Assembly: GCA_000004985.1 (NCBI GenBank) | Contig: GG738928.1 | Reading direction: 5' to 3' (one strand) | DNA length: 64,000 bases | Source: Naegleria gruberi | Lineage: Eukaryota | Part shown: positions 21,616 to 32,010 of the stretch, one piece after another | Position numbering within the stretch: position 1 is the first letter of the stretch | How the letters are laid out: the number at the start of each line of letters is the position of its first letter | The notes under the pieces: generated by a model | What the model was told of the DNA's origin: nothing | Database searches by the model: none | The model's input: the letters and a program-made list of their open reading frames with translations, nothing else | Translations under genes and position numbers: made by a program

Positions 21616-22071
21616 ATGAGCAGCGAAAAGAAGGTAATTGATCAAGAAGAAATTGAAAATGACACTGAAGCCGAAGTTAATGAAGAAGTAGCAGAAAGGC
21701 CTATTTTAGAAAATACTTGGACATTATGGTATCATAACCCTCAAGCTAAACTTAACGAGCAAAACTATTCTCACTTTTACAATGAAGTCTATACATTCTC
21801 GGATGTTGAAACATTTTGGAGTGTTTTTAATCACATTAGAGGACCTAGTGAAATATCGACCGGTACAACTTACTTTTTATTGAAGGAAGGTATAAAACCA
21901 GAATGGGAAGATCCAAAATGTATTGGTGGTGGTGAATGGGTTTATAGTTTCCCTAAAAAGCACGTTCCAGCTGATCAATACTGGTTAGATTTAGTGATGT
22001 TTTGTGTAGGAGAGTCATTTACTTATTCGGATAATTTGCTTGGATGTTGTGTTGCCAACAGAAAGAATCAA
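21616..22071 (+). CDS. eIF4E-family cap-binding protein (paralog 2), exon 1 of 2
   Basis: WTLWYHNPQAKLNEQNY…ETFWSVFNHI…FLLKEGIKPEWEDPKCIGGGEWVYSF. Donor CAA|GTATGT. Confidence 0.85.
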
Positions 22072-22115
22072 GTATGTAATATTTAAATAATTAATTTATA
22101 ATAACTTTAATATAG

Positions 22116-22286
22116 ATTCGTATCAATTTGTGGGTAGATACATTGGATGAAACAATAGCAAAGAGATTTGGAGAGCAATTCAAATTTGAAGCCTTAAAAA
22201 TAGGAGCAAATACAAATATCAAAATAGACTTTAAATCTTTCAAAGATCAATTGGACGGTAAAAAGACAGTTTTACAAGTAGTGTAA
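22116..22286 (+). CDS. eIF4E-family cap-binding protein (paralog 2), exon 2 of 2
   Basis: 44-nt intron (22072-22115) ending TATAG. Exon encodes IRINLWVDTLDETIAKRFGEQFKF…, parallel to MIRISFWLDTDEDEYVKRLEDQ in paralog 1. Stop TAA at 22284-22286. Confidence 0.75.
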   Translation: MRINLWVDTLDETIAKRFGEQFKFEALKIGANTNIKIDFKSFKDQLDGKKTVLQVV

Positions 22287-22414
22287 ATTCCTTTTTAAAA
22301 TGAATTTCAAAACGAACTCGACTGAAAAGGAGCTCATTATCGTTCGATTCAGAAAATCTTAAATAAATAACAAAAAAACAATATAAAATTTATCTAAATT
22401 TAGGTAAATAATAT

Positions 22415-23893
22415 TTATATAGCCTCAATTAAATGATAATTCTTCTTTCCTAATCTCAATACAGCAATTGATCCATTACCTGCCACAAGATCAGCTTCTG
22501 TCATGACATATTTTGGATCTATTTGTCTCTTGTAATTAATGTAAAAACCTCCACTCTTGATCAATTTACCCAATTCAGATTTGGATGGTCCAAGCTTGAG
22601 AGCTAAAGCAATATCTATAATTGGCTTAGATAAAAGATCTTCCTTTGGTACTTGTCCACCAACAGAATCCTTCATTAGTGATGTAATATCTTTCTTTGAT
22701 AAGGTCTTTAAAATTTCAATTGCTTCCTCACTGCTAGCTCCAAATAATAAATTTGTACATTTTTGTACCTTTTCCAATTGTTCCTTTCCGTGAATTTGTG
22801 TTGTTAATTCTTCAGCAAGTCTTTGTTGAGCAATTCTCTTTTCTGGTTGCTGATTGTGTTCTTGTAAGATTTGGTCAATATCTTCCAAGCTAACAAATGT
22901 TAACATTTTCAATAATTTCTCCACATCAGCATCTTGAACTCTGAGGAAATATTGATAAAAATCAAAGACAGAAGTCATTTCAGGATTGAGCCAGACAGCA
23001 TTACCCATAGATTTACCAAATTTAACTCCATCAGCAGTTGTGAGTAAAGGAATTGTCATACCACTGCATACTGATTGACAACTTTCTGGCATGGCTGTTT
23101 GCTTTTTCTTTATGAATTCCAATCCACTTGTAATATTTCCCCATTGATCAGATCCTCCAATTTGAAGTCTTACGTTATTTGAGTTCAATAAATGGAAAAA
23201 ATCATAACTTTGGAAAAGTGAGTAGGAAAATTCAGTAAAAGTCATACCACCATTATCAGCATCAGCATTTTCAACTCTAGATTTAACACTGTCCAATCTT
23301 AACATGTTAGCAATTTGGAAATATTTTCCAACATTTCTCAATAAATCAATCATTTTCATTTCTCCCAACCAATCAGCATTATTGACAACTGTGACATTGT
23401 TCTTAGAGGAGAAGAAAGAATTCATTTCTCTCTTCAATCCTTCAATATTATTATTAATTGTTGATTCATCCAAGAGAGGTCTCTCTGTTTTTCTGCCACT
23501 TGGATCACCAATTCTACCAGTTGCACCACCAACAAGACAATAAATATGAACATTCTTTGGATTAAAAGCCAATTGGAATCTCTTCAAAGTTTGAAGAACA
23601 AGCAAATTGCCAACATGAAGCCCCGAAGCTGTAGGATCAAAACCAGCATAAATACCAATAGACTTGGCCAATTCACTACCACTGTTCATTTCTTGCATTA
23701 AATTATCAAATCCCGAAGTAGCATCATTATAAATTCCTCTCTTTTTTAAATCGGAAATAAATTCATTATTATTTGATGATGAAGTTTGATTAAATCTCCT
23801 TTGAATATTGTTTCCTCCGATTAAATACTTTCTGTTCTTTAAAAAAAGGCCCGAGTCAACAAGGCTTGTTTGACGAAGAAGGCTTCGTTGCAT
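22415..23893 (-). CDS. Tyrosyl-tRNA synthetase, mitochondrial (bacterial-type class I TyrRS)
   Basis: N-terminal presequence-like MQRSLLRQTSLV. HIGH-type motif GLHVGNL, KMSKS-type KFGKS, C-terminal S4-like domain. 492-aa single exon. Confidence 0.85.
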   Translation of the reverse strand: MQRSLLRQTSLVDSGLFLKNRKYLIGGNNIQRRFNQTSSSNNNEFISDLKKRGIYNDATSGFDNLMQEMNSGSELAKSIGIYAGFDPTASGLHVGNLLVLQTLKRFQLAFNPKNVHIYCLVGGATGRIGDPSGRKTERPLLDESTINNNIEGLKREMNSFFSSKNNVTVVNNADWLGEMKMIDLLRNVGKYFQIANMLRLDSVKSRVENADADNGGMTFTEFSYSLFQSYDFFHLLNSNNVRLQIGGSDQWGNITSGLEFIKKKQTAMPESCQSVCSGMTIPLLTTADGVKFGKSMGNAVWLNPEMTSVFDFYQYFLRVQDADVEKLLKMLTFVSLEDIDQILQEHNQQPEKRIAQQRLAEELTTQIHGKEQLEKVQKCTNLLFGASSEEAIEILKTLSKKDITSLMKDSVGGQVPKEDLLSKPIIDIALALKLGPSKSELGKLIKSGGFYINYKRQIDPKYVMTEADLVAGNGSIAVLRLGKKNYHLIEAI

Positions 23894-24074
23894 TTTTTTT
23901 CAAAAATTCAATCAAAATTAATTATCCTAAATTGGATATTTTAAATAATTATTTTCATATGTTTTTAACTATTAAATATTAAGCTAATTTTATTAAATTA
24001 TGAGTATTGAATTAATTCTCGCAGTCAACTTGATATTTAATGTTGTAAAAAATATTTAAAAACATTTAAAAAAA

Positions 24075-24836
24075 ATGACTCGAGTAAAGATTGCAATTCT
24101 CGACGTTTCCGATCACGTCCAACTCTTTGAAGACGATCTATTCAAAAAGTACATGTTCACCGATGATATTTCCGAGTGCACTTCGTATCATGTTGCTAAA
24201 AATCAGTGGCCATCCGAAACTCTAAATTCTCATCAAATTGTTCAATTTATTGTACAAAATTATGATGCTGTATTAATTCCTGGTAGTGAGGATTGTTGTA
24301 TGGATGATTCTCTGTGCTACATTGAAGTTCTATGTAATGTTATTAGAGAATTAATTGATCGGGATTTTCCAATATTTGCTGTTTGCTTTGGTGCACAAGC
24401 AGTTTCGAGAGCCTTGAATGGAAATGATGGAGTTTCCAAGTTGAAGAATTTGAATGAGAAACCAGAGTTTGGAATTGTTTTAATTGATTTTGTGGATGAG
24501 GATGCAAGAGGGAATTTGCTGTTCAGAGGAATTGAGAAGGGTTTCTATTCATCCTCTTCACATTCAGATTGTTTCTTATTGAATGAAAAGTGTGAGCATT
24601 TACTCAAATCAAGACATTGGAAGAATCAAGCTTATCAAGTTAAGGATAAATTAACATTTGGCTTACAATTTCATCCAGAGATGGATCTTGTCACATCAGA
24701 AGAAATATTCAAGACTCTTAAAGATATTCCAGTTCTTTATGATGACAATGAAAAACAGGTAGATATGACTGTTGGTAAAATTATGGCTAAAAACTTTTGT
24801 GAAATGGTTATCAAGCACAAAGAAACAAAATTGTAG
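24075..24836 (+). CDS. Class-I glutamine amidotransferase-like protein
   Basis: Nucleophile elbow FAVCFGAQ (G-x-C-x-G), downstream FHPE. Confidence 0.65.
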   Translation: MTRVKIAILDVSDHVQLFEDDLFKKYMFTDDISECTSYHVAKNQWPSETLNSHQIVQFIVQNYDAVLIPGSEDCCMDDSLCYIEVLCNVIRELIDRDFPIFAVCFGAQAVSRALNGNDGVSKLKNLNEKPEFGIVLIDFVDEDARGNLLFRGIEKGFYSSSSHSDCFLLNEKCEHLLKSRHWKNQAYQVKDKLTFGLQFHPEMDLVTSEEIFKTLKDIPVLYDDNEKQVDMTVGKIMAKNFCEMVIKHKETKL

Positions 24837-24916
24837 AGAAATCCAACTGGTCAATTGTAATATTTCATTAATTATTAAAAATATCTTATAAAATTGAAGA
24901 TTTTCTCTATTTAATA

Positions 24917-26344
24917 TTAATAGCCAACATAGGATGGAGTGTGAACGGTGAATTTGGCATTATGGAAATCTCTCTTCAATAAGCTATCGCTACTGATGGA
25001 GTAAATAAAGTGAGTAAGGAATTGAGTAGTGGGATAGATTGCATTGGTTGAGAAGAGAATAATATCATCCTTTTCAGATTTGAAATTATTGGTGTAGTTT
25101 CCATAATATTGTCCAAGGAAATGAGAGTCAAATGATGGAGAGAATGCTTCTAATTCATAGTAGGTGTAATCATCATACCTCTCCCTGCTGGAATTGATGA
25201 ATATTCTAGTGTCTGCTGAGATACCTAATTTCAGTGAGTGGTTATGGAGTTTGACAACCTGAGATTCACTACCATCCAGTTGAGCAAGCGGAACAGTTGA
25301 GTTATCTTTGTAATCTTGATATACAACATATCCATCAATAGCATCAATTTTTGCTTCATTTAACTCAACTCGAATGTTTTCCATTTTGACAAAAAAGTAT
25401 AAAAACCCAGATTTTGGAATTTGATAATTAATCAATGAACCAAGTTCAGAGCAGTCAAGTTGACCAACAAATACATATCCTTTTCTCCAAATAGCTGATT
25501 TGTTTGTCGTATTTGGAGAACCTCCAATCTTTGTTTTAGAGCCATCATTTGGCTTATTGGAATCAAAATAATCTGGATACAAATTGTAGGATAAGGAAAC
25601 AGCATTATTTAAAATCTCCTCAGAACTATTATCTACAGATTCTGATTTCATAAAACTTGAAATAATTGATTTCTTTGAGTTTAAATGAGGAAATAAATCA
25701 GAAAAGAATTTAGTTTTCCATCCTTTTGATTCATCGTTTCTAATTTGTGAAAGTGTAGAACTGGTTGCATAGGTGAAGAATAATGGATCTTCAATCATTG
25801 TTAAATGATAACAGTATTTCCAAATTTCATCATTTTCAACAATTAAACAATTCCAATATTTGCAGACAATTCTCATCCTCAATAGTTCATTAAAATTTCC
25901 AATAAATTTCAAAATATTTGAGTGAACATCTGGTACCAGAGCTGATAGACTAGCTCCCTCTCTAATAGAGACTTGGGATGAGTCAGTATGTTGATTGAAC
26001 CAATTGTTCACAAGTACCAATGTAATGTTCGAAAAATAACTCGAAACCCCTGGAAGTGAGTTGTTCAACTCTTGATCATTCTTAATTGCACACTCAATTG
26101 CATATTGTCCAATTGAGGAACAGTGAAAAGTAAGTGTGTAATTCAAAGAAAGCTCAAGAATTTCTCCCAACACAAACTTGATAATTCTCTTCAAACAAAC
26201 AGCAAGCACCTTCTCTTGGTTTTCAATTTGATGCTTTAAACTTCCAAAATTGAGTGTAAAATACTTTCCAATAAATCTTTCAACACTCAAACTCTCTGCA
26301 GCATCATCCACCATCACATGTTCAATCTGAAGTAAATTCTTCAT
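24917..26344 (-). CDS. F-box protein (if an independent gene; first ATG at 26344)
   Basis: Track ORF 24917..26371 starts at a TTG; first ATG is at 26344. F-box LPDVHSNILKFIGNFNELLRMRIVCKYWNCLIVENDEIW. The ATG overlaps the stop of the upstream open frame (CAATGAAG); see findings. Confidence 0.55.
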   Translation of the reverse strand: MKNLLQIEHVMVDDAAESLSVERFIGKYFTLNFGSLKHQIENQEKVLAVCLKRIIKFVLGEILELSLNYTLTFHCSSIGQYAIECAIKNDQELNNSLPGVSSYFSNITLVLVNNWFNQHTDSSQVSIREGASLSALVPDVHSNILKFIGNFNELLRMRIVCKYWNCLIVENDEIWKYCYHLTMIEDPLFFTYATSSTLSQIRNDESKGWKTKFFSDLFPHLNSKKSIISSFMKSESVDNSSEEILNNAVSLSYNLYPDYFDSNKPNDGSKTKIGGSPNTTNKSAIWRKGYVFVGQLDCSELGSLINYQIPKSGFLYFFVKMENIRVELNEAKIDAIDGYVVYQDYKDNSTVPLAQLDGSESQVVKLHNHSLKLGISADTRIFINSSRERYDDYTYYELEAFSPSFDSHFLGQYYGNYTNNFKSEKDDIILFSTNAIYPTTQFLTHFIYSISSDSLLKRDFHNAKFTVHTPSYVGY

Positions 26345-26697
26345 TGGAAAGGCAGCCAATTGTCCTTCCAAATTCTTATACTGGTTTCCGAATGCTCTTT
26401 ACTATCCATCGAATTTTCATCCACAAAACCTTTCAACAATTCCTTGATTGGACCATCAACAGCACTCTTATATTCTTCTTTCATCAAGATATAGGGTTTC
26501 AAATCATCAATTAATTTCCAGAATAAAACCAAACCAATAGAAGCCAAACTTTTATAACCACAACTAGCAATAAAAATCTTCTTTTCCAATTTTGACGCCT
26601 TTTCCTCCAATTGGTCGGCATTGAAATCGATTGGAACAGTGAGAGGGAACCCATATCTATCTAGACGGTGGGCAGTACCCTGTATTCGTTGTTCCAA
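26341..26697 (-). CDS. Coding fragment without an ATG (internal exon or exons), either 5' part of the F-box gene or a separate gene
   Basis: The frame opens just after a TAA and has no ATG until MKEEYK. The sequence 5' of 26697 is AT-rich with a possible acceptor AATACAG|GGTACTGCC. It ends at TGA, overlapping the next ATG in the +1 frame. Confidence 0.35.
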   Translation of the reverse strand: MEQRIQGTAHRLDRYGFPLTVPIDFNADQLEEKASKLEKKIFIASCGYKSLASIGLVLFWKLIDDLKPYILMKEEYKSAVDGPIKELLKGFVDENSMDSKEHSETSIRIWKDNWLPFQ

Positions 26698-27168
26698 CCA
26701 AATTTTTTTAGAGTCGAGCCAATTTTATAAATATTTTAATATTATTTATTCTTCGGATGATATTTCGTCGCCACTTTATTCATCACTTCCACTTTGTGGA
26801 TTCTGATGCATCATCTTCCTCATATTCTGATCTGCTGGTAGTATCGTCTTGGTAAATTCTTGGAAAGCTTTTGGAGTTTATGGTTGATGGTTGGTATTTC
26901 ATCATCAACAGGATTTCCTCTTTTTGTTGCCAATTTCTTGGTTTCTTTGTTGTTGGAGATTTAGATGTAAGAAGAAGATTCCAGTCAAAGAAACTTCCTG
27001 ATGATGGGTTGTTGTATTAATTTTCTAGCCAACTGCCATGTTGTTCAGTTGCTTCCAAATACCAGCTTGTGATTGGACATTGTGGCCAGTAGACAAAATC
27101 TCTTAATTTTTTTAAATTTTAATTTAACGGTTTTTATCAACCAAATGTCAAAGCAACGGATCTTCTGT

Positions 27169-27339
27169 GGCTCGACTTTGAAATTTTTTTGTCTGACCCG
27201 GCTCGACTTGTAAAAATTTTTGTCTGACCCGGCTTGACTTGTAAATTTTTTAGCCTGACCCGGCTCGACTTCGAAATTTCGCAAGTTCTGCATAAAATGC
27301 CTCTGGCTCGACTTTGAAATTTTTACTCCCTGACCCGGC
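27169..27339. repeat. Minisatellite, 5 tandem copies of a ~31-bp unit (GGCTCGACTT-GAAATTTTTT-GTCTGACCC)
   Basis: Copies start at 27169, 27200, 27231, 27262 (divergent) and 27305. The GC-rich core CTGACCCGGCTCGAC alternates with an A/T spacer. Track ORF 27045..27341 (minus) is read through it and is rejected. Confidence 0.85.
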
Positions 27340-27685
27340 ATTTTACATCACTGACCACCGTCTATATCAGAGCATTATTTCTTTCCATTTTTTTGTGATT
27401 TTGTTATTGAGCGATTACAAAAACAGTAAAGCCACATGAGAGTGTCATCTAAAGGGTGTAATACACATTAAGAAATATCTACGGTAGAATGTTGTTGAAT
27501 TCTGAAACTGCATTCATTGAAAATCAATGATGTTCTTTAGGAAAGAGTATTACAATATTTATTATTTTGTTTTTTGTAATCCACTCTTCGGTATCTTCTT
27601 TCCATTTAACCATGAAGGAACTTTAAGTTCTTCAAAATTCCACAATTATTGGACGTCTTTATCCGCTCAACAATCACAAAAAAAA

Positions 27686-28904
27686 ATGGCTCAATACTAT
27701 TTACTTCGGGAGCTTGACGATTTGTCCCTAGAGGATTTGCACAAGTCTGTAAAGCCTACAAAAAAAGAGAAGACAAGCAAGGATGATAAACCAAGAAACA
27801 AAGATCAGCCAAGTAATGATGTAATACCACAAAAACTGGTGGTGTTGAACAAGTCTCACCAAATAAAACAACGCAAAGTCTATGAACGAACAAAGAAGGA
27901 GGAGACTCGTTTTATCAAACCTAAACGTAATATTGACCATTATAATGTTGCACCAACCTCACATTTTGAACAGTTGCCGACCGATTGTTTTCTTCATATT
28001 TTTGAATTTATGGAATTGACAGAAATTAAAAGGCTAGCCTACAGAATGAGTCCTTGTATTACTTTACAATTACTAGAGACGGAATCAAATCAGGGTTTTT
28101 ATAGATTATTGTGCCAAGAACAGATGAGAATGGATTTGAATTGTGCTATTGATTCCATAAATGAAAGAGGGAAAGTGAGAGGAAACTCAAGGATACGAAG
28201 ATACAATAGGCGTGTTGAAGATTCATCCAATCGAACAATATTGGGTCCGATTAAGGATTTGAGAGAGAATTTAAGAGTTTGTGTTCTGAAAGCAAAGAGT
28301 TTGTTTCCGTATTGGTTTAATGAGAATTCTGCATTGAATAAGTCAGTTTATGAAGCTGTTAAACATTCTTACTCAATTAATGAAACTCCTGTTTATCATA
28401 ATTTATCAGAACATCATCAGTCCATTTCTGATCAATATAAAGAGAAGGAAGAGAAGGAAGCAGTAGAGAAAACAAATTCATTCCTGGAAAAACTTGAGAA
28501 ACAAGTGGAAAAACAATCGAAAAGACCATCTAAATGGAAGCAAATATGGAATGGATGTTTTCTTCAAAATTTAGTGAACAGTACTATAAATGCAACAGTA
28601 GAATTTGAGAAACGAGCTCAGAAAGATTCACCACTAATTAGTGAATTAGCCAGTTACCTTAAAACAATGAGTGGCTTATTAACTTTGGAAAATACGCAAC
28701 TAAGAAGAAAGATAATGTTTGAAACTTTAACTAGAAGACGAGTACTCACACGTACTGTATTTTTTGCTAAATTAGTTGGAATTTTATACTCGTTTAGAGA
28801 TCAATATCTTCCTGAACAAATAGAACAACAATTTGAAAAATTATTAGATTTTTTCATAGAAGAATCGATTGCTCATGGTGTAGAAACTTGTCCTCTTGTT
28901 GATT
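27686..28904 (+). CDS. F-box protein, exon 1 of 2
   Basis: Likely start is ATG at 27686 (AAAAAAAAATGG; the track ORF starts at 27527 in AT-rich leader). F-box LPTDCFLHIFEFMELTEIKRLAYRMS. Donor GATT|GTAAGT, phase 1. Confidence 0.65.
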
Positions 28905-28939
28905 GTAAGTTTGTTATTGACTTAATCTAACTTTTTCAG

Positions 28940-29541
28940 GTTTCATTGAAAATAATTCGCCAATTCACATGATATTAAGATCTGGACATACTCCTTTGAG
29001 TGTCAATATCATCACCAAGCATTGGAAAATTATTAAGCGCACTTCCAGAGATTTCAGATTCTATTTATTTGTAAAATGCATTTGGCAGCTGGTTGACTTT
29101 AAAGTTATACACGCCCTCTTTAAGTTTGGTATTGTTGATTCCTCTATTTTGACACATAACTTTACTAATAGAGGATCTAGATCAGTAGATATTTATTTCA
29201 TGACAACCATCGATAAATGGAATATGAATGATAATCACATTACATACTTTGGAAACATCTTCAACTTGATGGTTACCACTTTGGATGAAAGAGGGACAGA
29301 ACATTACAAAAAGCGTGAAATTAGAAGCCATAGTAGTTTATTTTCATCATCTAATCCAAGTGTTATGCTATTCTTACATAGGATATCACAATACCGTCCA
29401 AGCACTAAAGGAAACGTTGCCGACTTTTTTGCAGAGGCAATTCAAAAGTTGAAGGACAAAGTGATAACCTCATCTTTGGCAGATGATAGACCAACTTTTG
29501 AATATGTGAATTTTGGAAAAAACAAATTTGCCACGCTGTAA
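28940..29541 (+). CDS. F-box protein, exon 2 of 2
   Basis: 35-nt intron (28905-28939) GTAAGTTTG…CTTTTTCAG. Restores the frame (…PLVD|CFIENNSPIHMILRSGHTPL…). Stop at 29539-29541. Confidence 0.6.
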
Positions 29542-29732
29542 AATAAATCAACTGTAGATGACAGCAAATCTCAACTGCGTGTATTCAAGGCCTCGCTCAT
29601 TTGTTAGTTCAAATGGTGCATTATCGTAGAATTTTAAAACTATATTAATACCATCGCATCTCCAAATATCTCAACACCTTTGTTTGGTCCCTTAATCATT
29701 GTGTCTGTTCCCCATTTGAAAAGAGATTAAAA

Positions 29733-31778
29733 ATGCCTTTAAATGCATCGAATGTATCCAACAGAAGTAAGGATGATGTGATCATCGAGGATGGGTATAC
29801 AGCATCTTCATCGTTATCGTCATCCTCATTATCGTTATTAAGGGCAGGTGATAGTAAAAGCTGCAGTAGCTGTTCAATAGAAGCAGCAACTCCATGGAAA
29901 CAAGATACATCCTCATCATCAACATCAGATGACTTCATAATTCCTATTCGGAATGGTAGGAGCAACTCTCGCCAATTCATAAAAACACCATCCTTTTCAT
30001 CCCTTTCAACAATAATAGATTCTTCACTTCCATCAACGCCTAAATCATTGCCTTCATCACCATCATCATTACAAAATCATCAAGAAGGAACAGAACCACC
30101 TCTTACTGATACTCTCCTAGTTAAATCGATGAGCGAATGTAAGAATGACATGGAGAGGGGCATGTTGAACATGTTGGCTGATAAGAAGAATCTTCAGAGA
30201 TTGGTCGGAATTCTCTTCATCTTTGCCACTCTACAAAGTGTTCAACAAATGACACTCTATGAAAATTTATTGAATATTGCCTTTTTCCTTGTTCAGTGCC
30301 TTAATAATTATTTAAGACAAACTAATAATGATACAGCTCTCACCTATGAGGAATCATTCAAACATTTGGATAAAAGAGAAATTATAAGAACTGTTTTTTC
30401 AATGGTCATGTACACTTTGAGAATGATGTATCTTCCCAAACACAAGATGATTTTCCTTCCAGTGCTTTTTATTTGGTTTGCAGGAGCTAACAAACTATAT
30501 ATCTACTCTACATTTTGGGGATTACTACCCACTTACTATGCTTCAGTGATGTATATATCGTTGGCTTGCTATTTTGGATTTTATGAATTGTTAGAGAATG
30601 GGTACACTGAGACATTTCTAAATTTAATGATGGATTACTTTATTTTGGTGGCTGTGGTGTGGATGTGGACATATTATCTGGTTAATGTAACTGGATTCTT
30701 GAAACACAAAGTGGACAAACTGAAGGAAACAAGGAAACGTTTGGAAAGTGCTTTGGAAGCACGAAGTAGATTCATTGCACATGTGAGTCATGAATTCCGT
30801 TGTCCAATCATGTCCAGCATTGGGTGTTTAGAATTGTTGAAAGAAACTCCTCTGAATGAGAAACAAAATGATCTCGTAGATACAATAGTTTCATCGAATA
30901 GTGTCATTCTTCTATTGATTGAAGACATTTTACAAATTGTTAAAATTGAACATGAAAGTAAGGGTGCAAAGAAGGAAGATACAAATATTCAACCTTTCAA
31001 TATTTTCGAATCATTGAAATCGCTGAAAGGAATAATTTCTGGTTATGCTTCGAATTTTAAGGTTAAGCTTAATTTGGAAATTGATGAAGGAATTAAGAAC
31101 TTGACAGTTTTATCAAATCCTTCAAAGATCCATCAAATACTTTCTAATTTGCTGACGAATGCAGTGAAAGCATCAAAGAAAGATGATGATGTTTGGCTTA
31201 AATGCAATATTTTGGAAAAGAAAGATGATGAAACTGTAAAGATTAGATTTACTTGTCAAGATTTTGGATGTGGAATTCCTCCTAATTTGTTGGAATCTAT
31301 ATTTGAACCCTTTGTACAATTGCAAAATAATTCACAATCAAAAGTACCTAGCTCTGGGCTAGGATTGACTACAGTATCTCATTTAATCAAGACATTGAAT
31401 GGAACTATTAACGTTGAATCACAGGTTGGAATAGGAAGCTCATTTACAGTTGACTTGGCTTTTAAAATTGTTCCAAACGAGGTAAAATATAAAGTTCAAG
31501 AAAATGTTGTTGTAGAAGAAAAGAGATCGAAACTACACTTGAACGTTCACAAGAATTACTTGAACCTGATGTCACATTTAGAAGAAGGTGAAAAGGAAAT
31601 GGAAGAAACTCCAAAATTCAATTCCAATGTTTTGATAGCTGAAGATAATCCAATCAATAGAAAAGTTATTGTAAAGATGATTAATAGTATGGGAAGTGAA
31701 ACTGATTTTGTTTGTGATGGAAAGGAATTGGTTGAAAAGTTTAATCCAAGCACTCACAAAGTTGTATTTACTGATATG
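29733..31778 (+). CDS. Hybrid histidine kinase, exon 1 of 2 (S/T-rich N-terminus, multi-TM sensor region, HisKA, HATPase_c, first half of receiver)
   Basis: H-box FIAHVSHEFRCPIMS. N-box LLTNAVKAS, G1 DFGCGI, G2 SGLGLT. Receiver start VLIAEDNPINRKV…VVFTDM. At least 5 hydrophobic helices lie between residues 200 and 330. Donor ATG|GTAGGT. Confidence 0.85.
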
Positions 31779-31824
31779 GTAGGTAGCTCAAATTTCGTTT
31801 TTTAAGGTCTAATAACAATAATAG

Positions 31825-32010
31825 AATATGCCAAATATGAACGGATTAGAAGCAGCCAAGAAATTAAGAGAAAAATTTGGAAATACTTTCAGGATTTATC
31901 TCTTGACAGGAAATGTCACAATTTCATTATCTGATGAAATTGGTGTGTTTGATGGAGTGTTAACTAAACCTTGTTCTAAACAGGATTTGAAAAAATGTTT
32001 GGAAAATTAG
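31825..32010 (+). CDS. Hybrid histidine kinase, exon 2 of 2 (rest of receiver domain)
   Basis: 46-nt intron (31779-31824) ending AATAATAG. Encodes NMPNMNGLEAAKKLRE…LLTGNV…LTKPCSKQDLKKCLEN. Stop TAG at 32008-32010. Confidence 0.8.
   Translation, partial: NMPNMNGLEAAKKLREKFGNTFRIYLLTGNVTISLSDEIGVFDGVLTKPCSKQDLKKCLEN

Noticed and set aside
26341-26344. ATGA stop/start overlap read as operon-style translational coupling
   Set aside because: The window is eukaryotic (spliceosomal introns, Pol III genes, A-rich initiation context). An indel or unresolved splice is the simpler reading.
27045-27341. 98-aa minus-strand ORF
   Set aside because: It is read through the 31-bp minisatellite; the periodic sequence keeps a frame open by chance.
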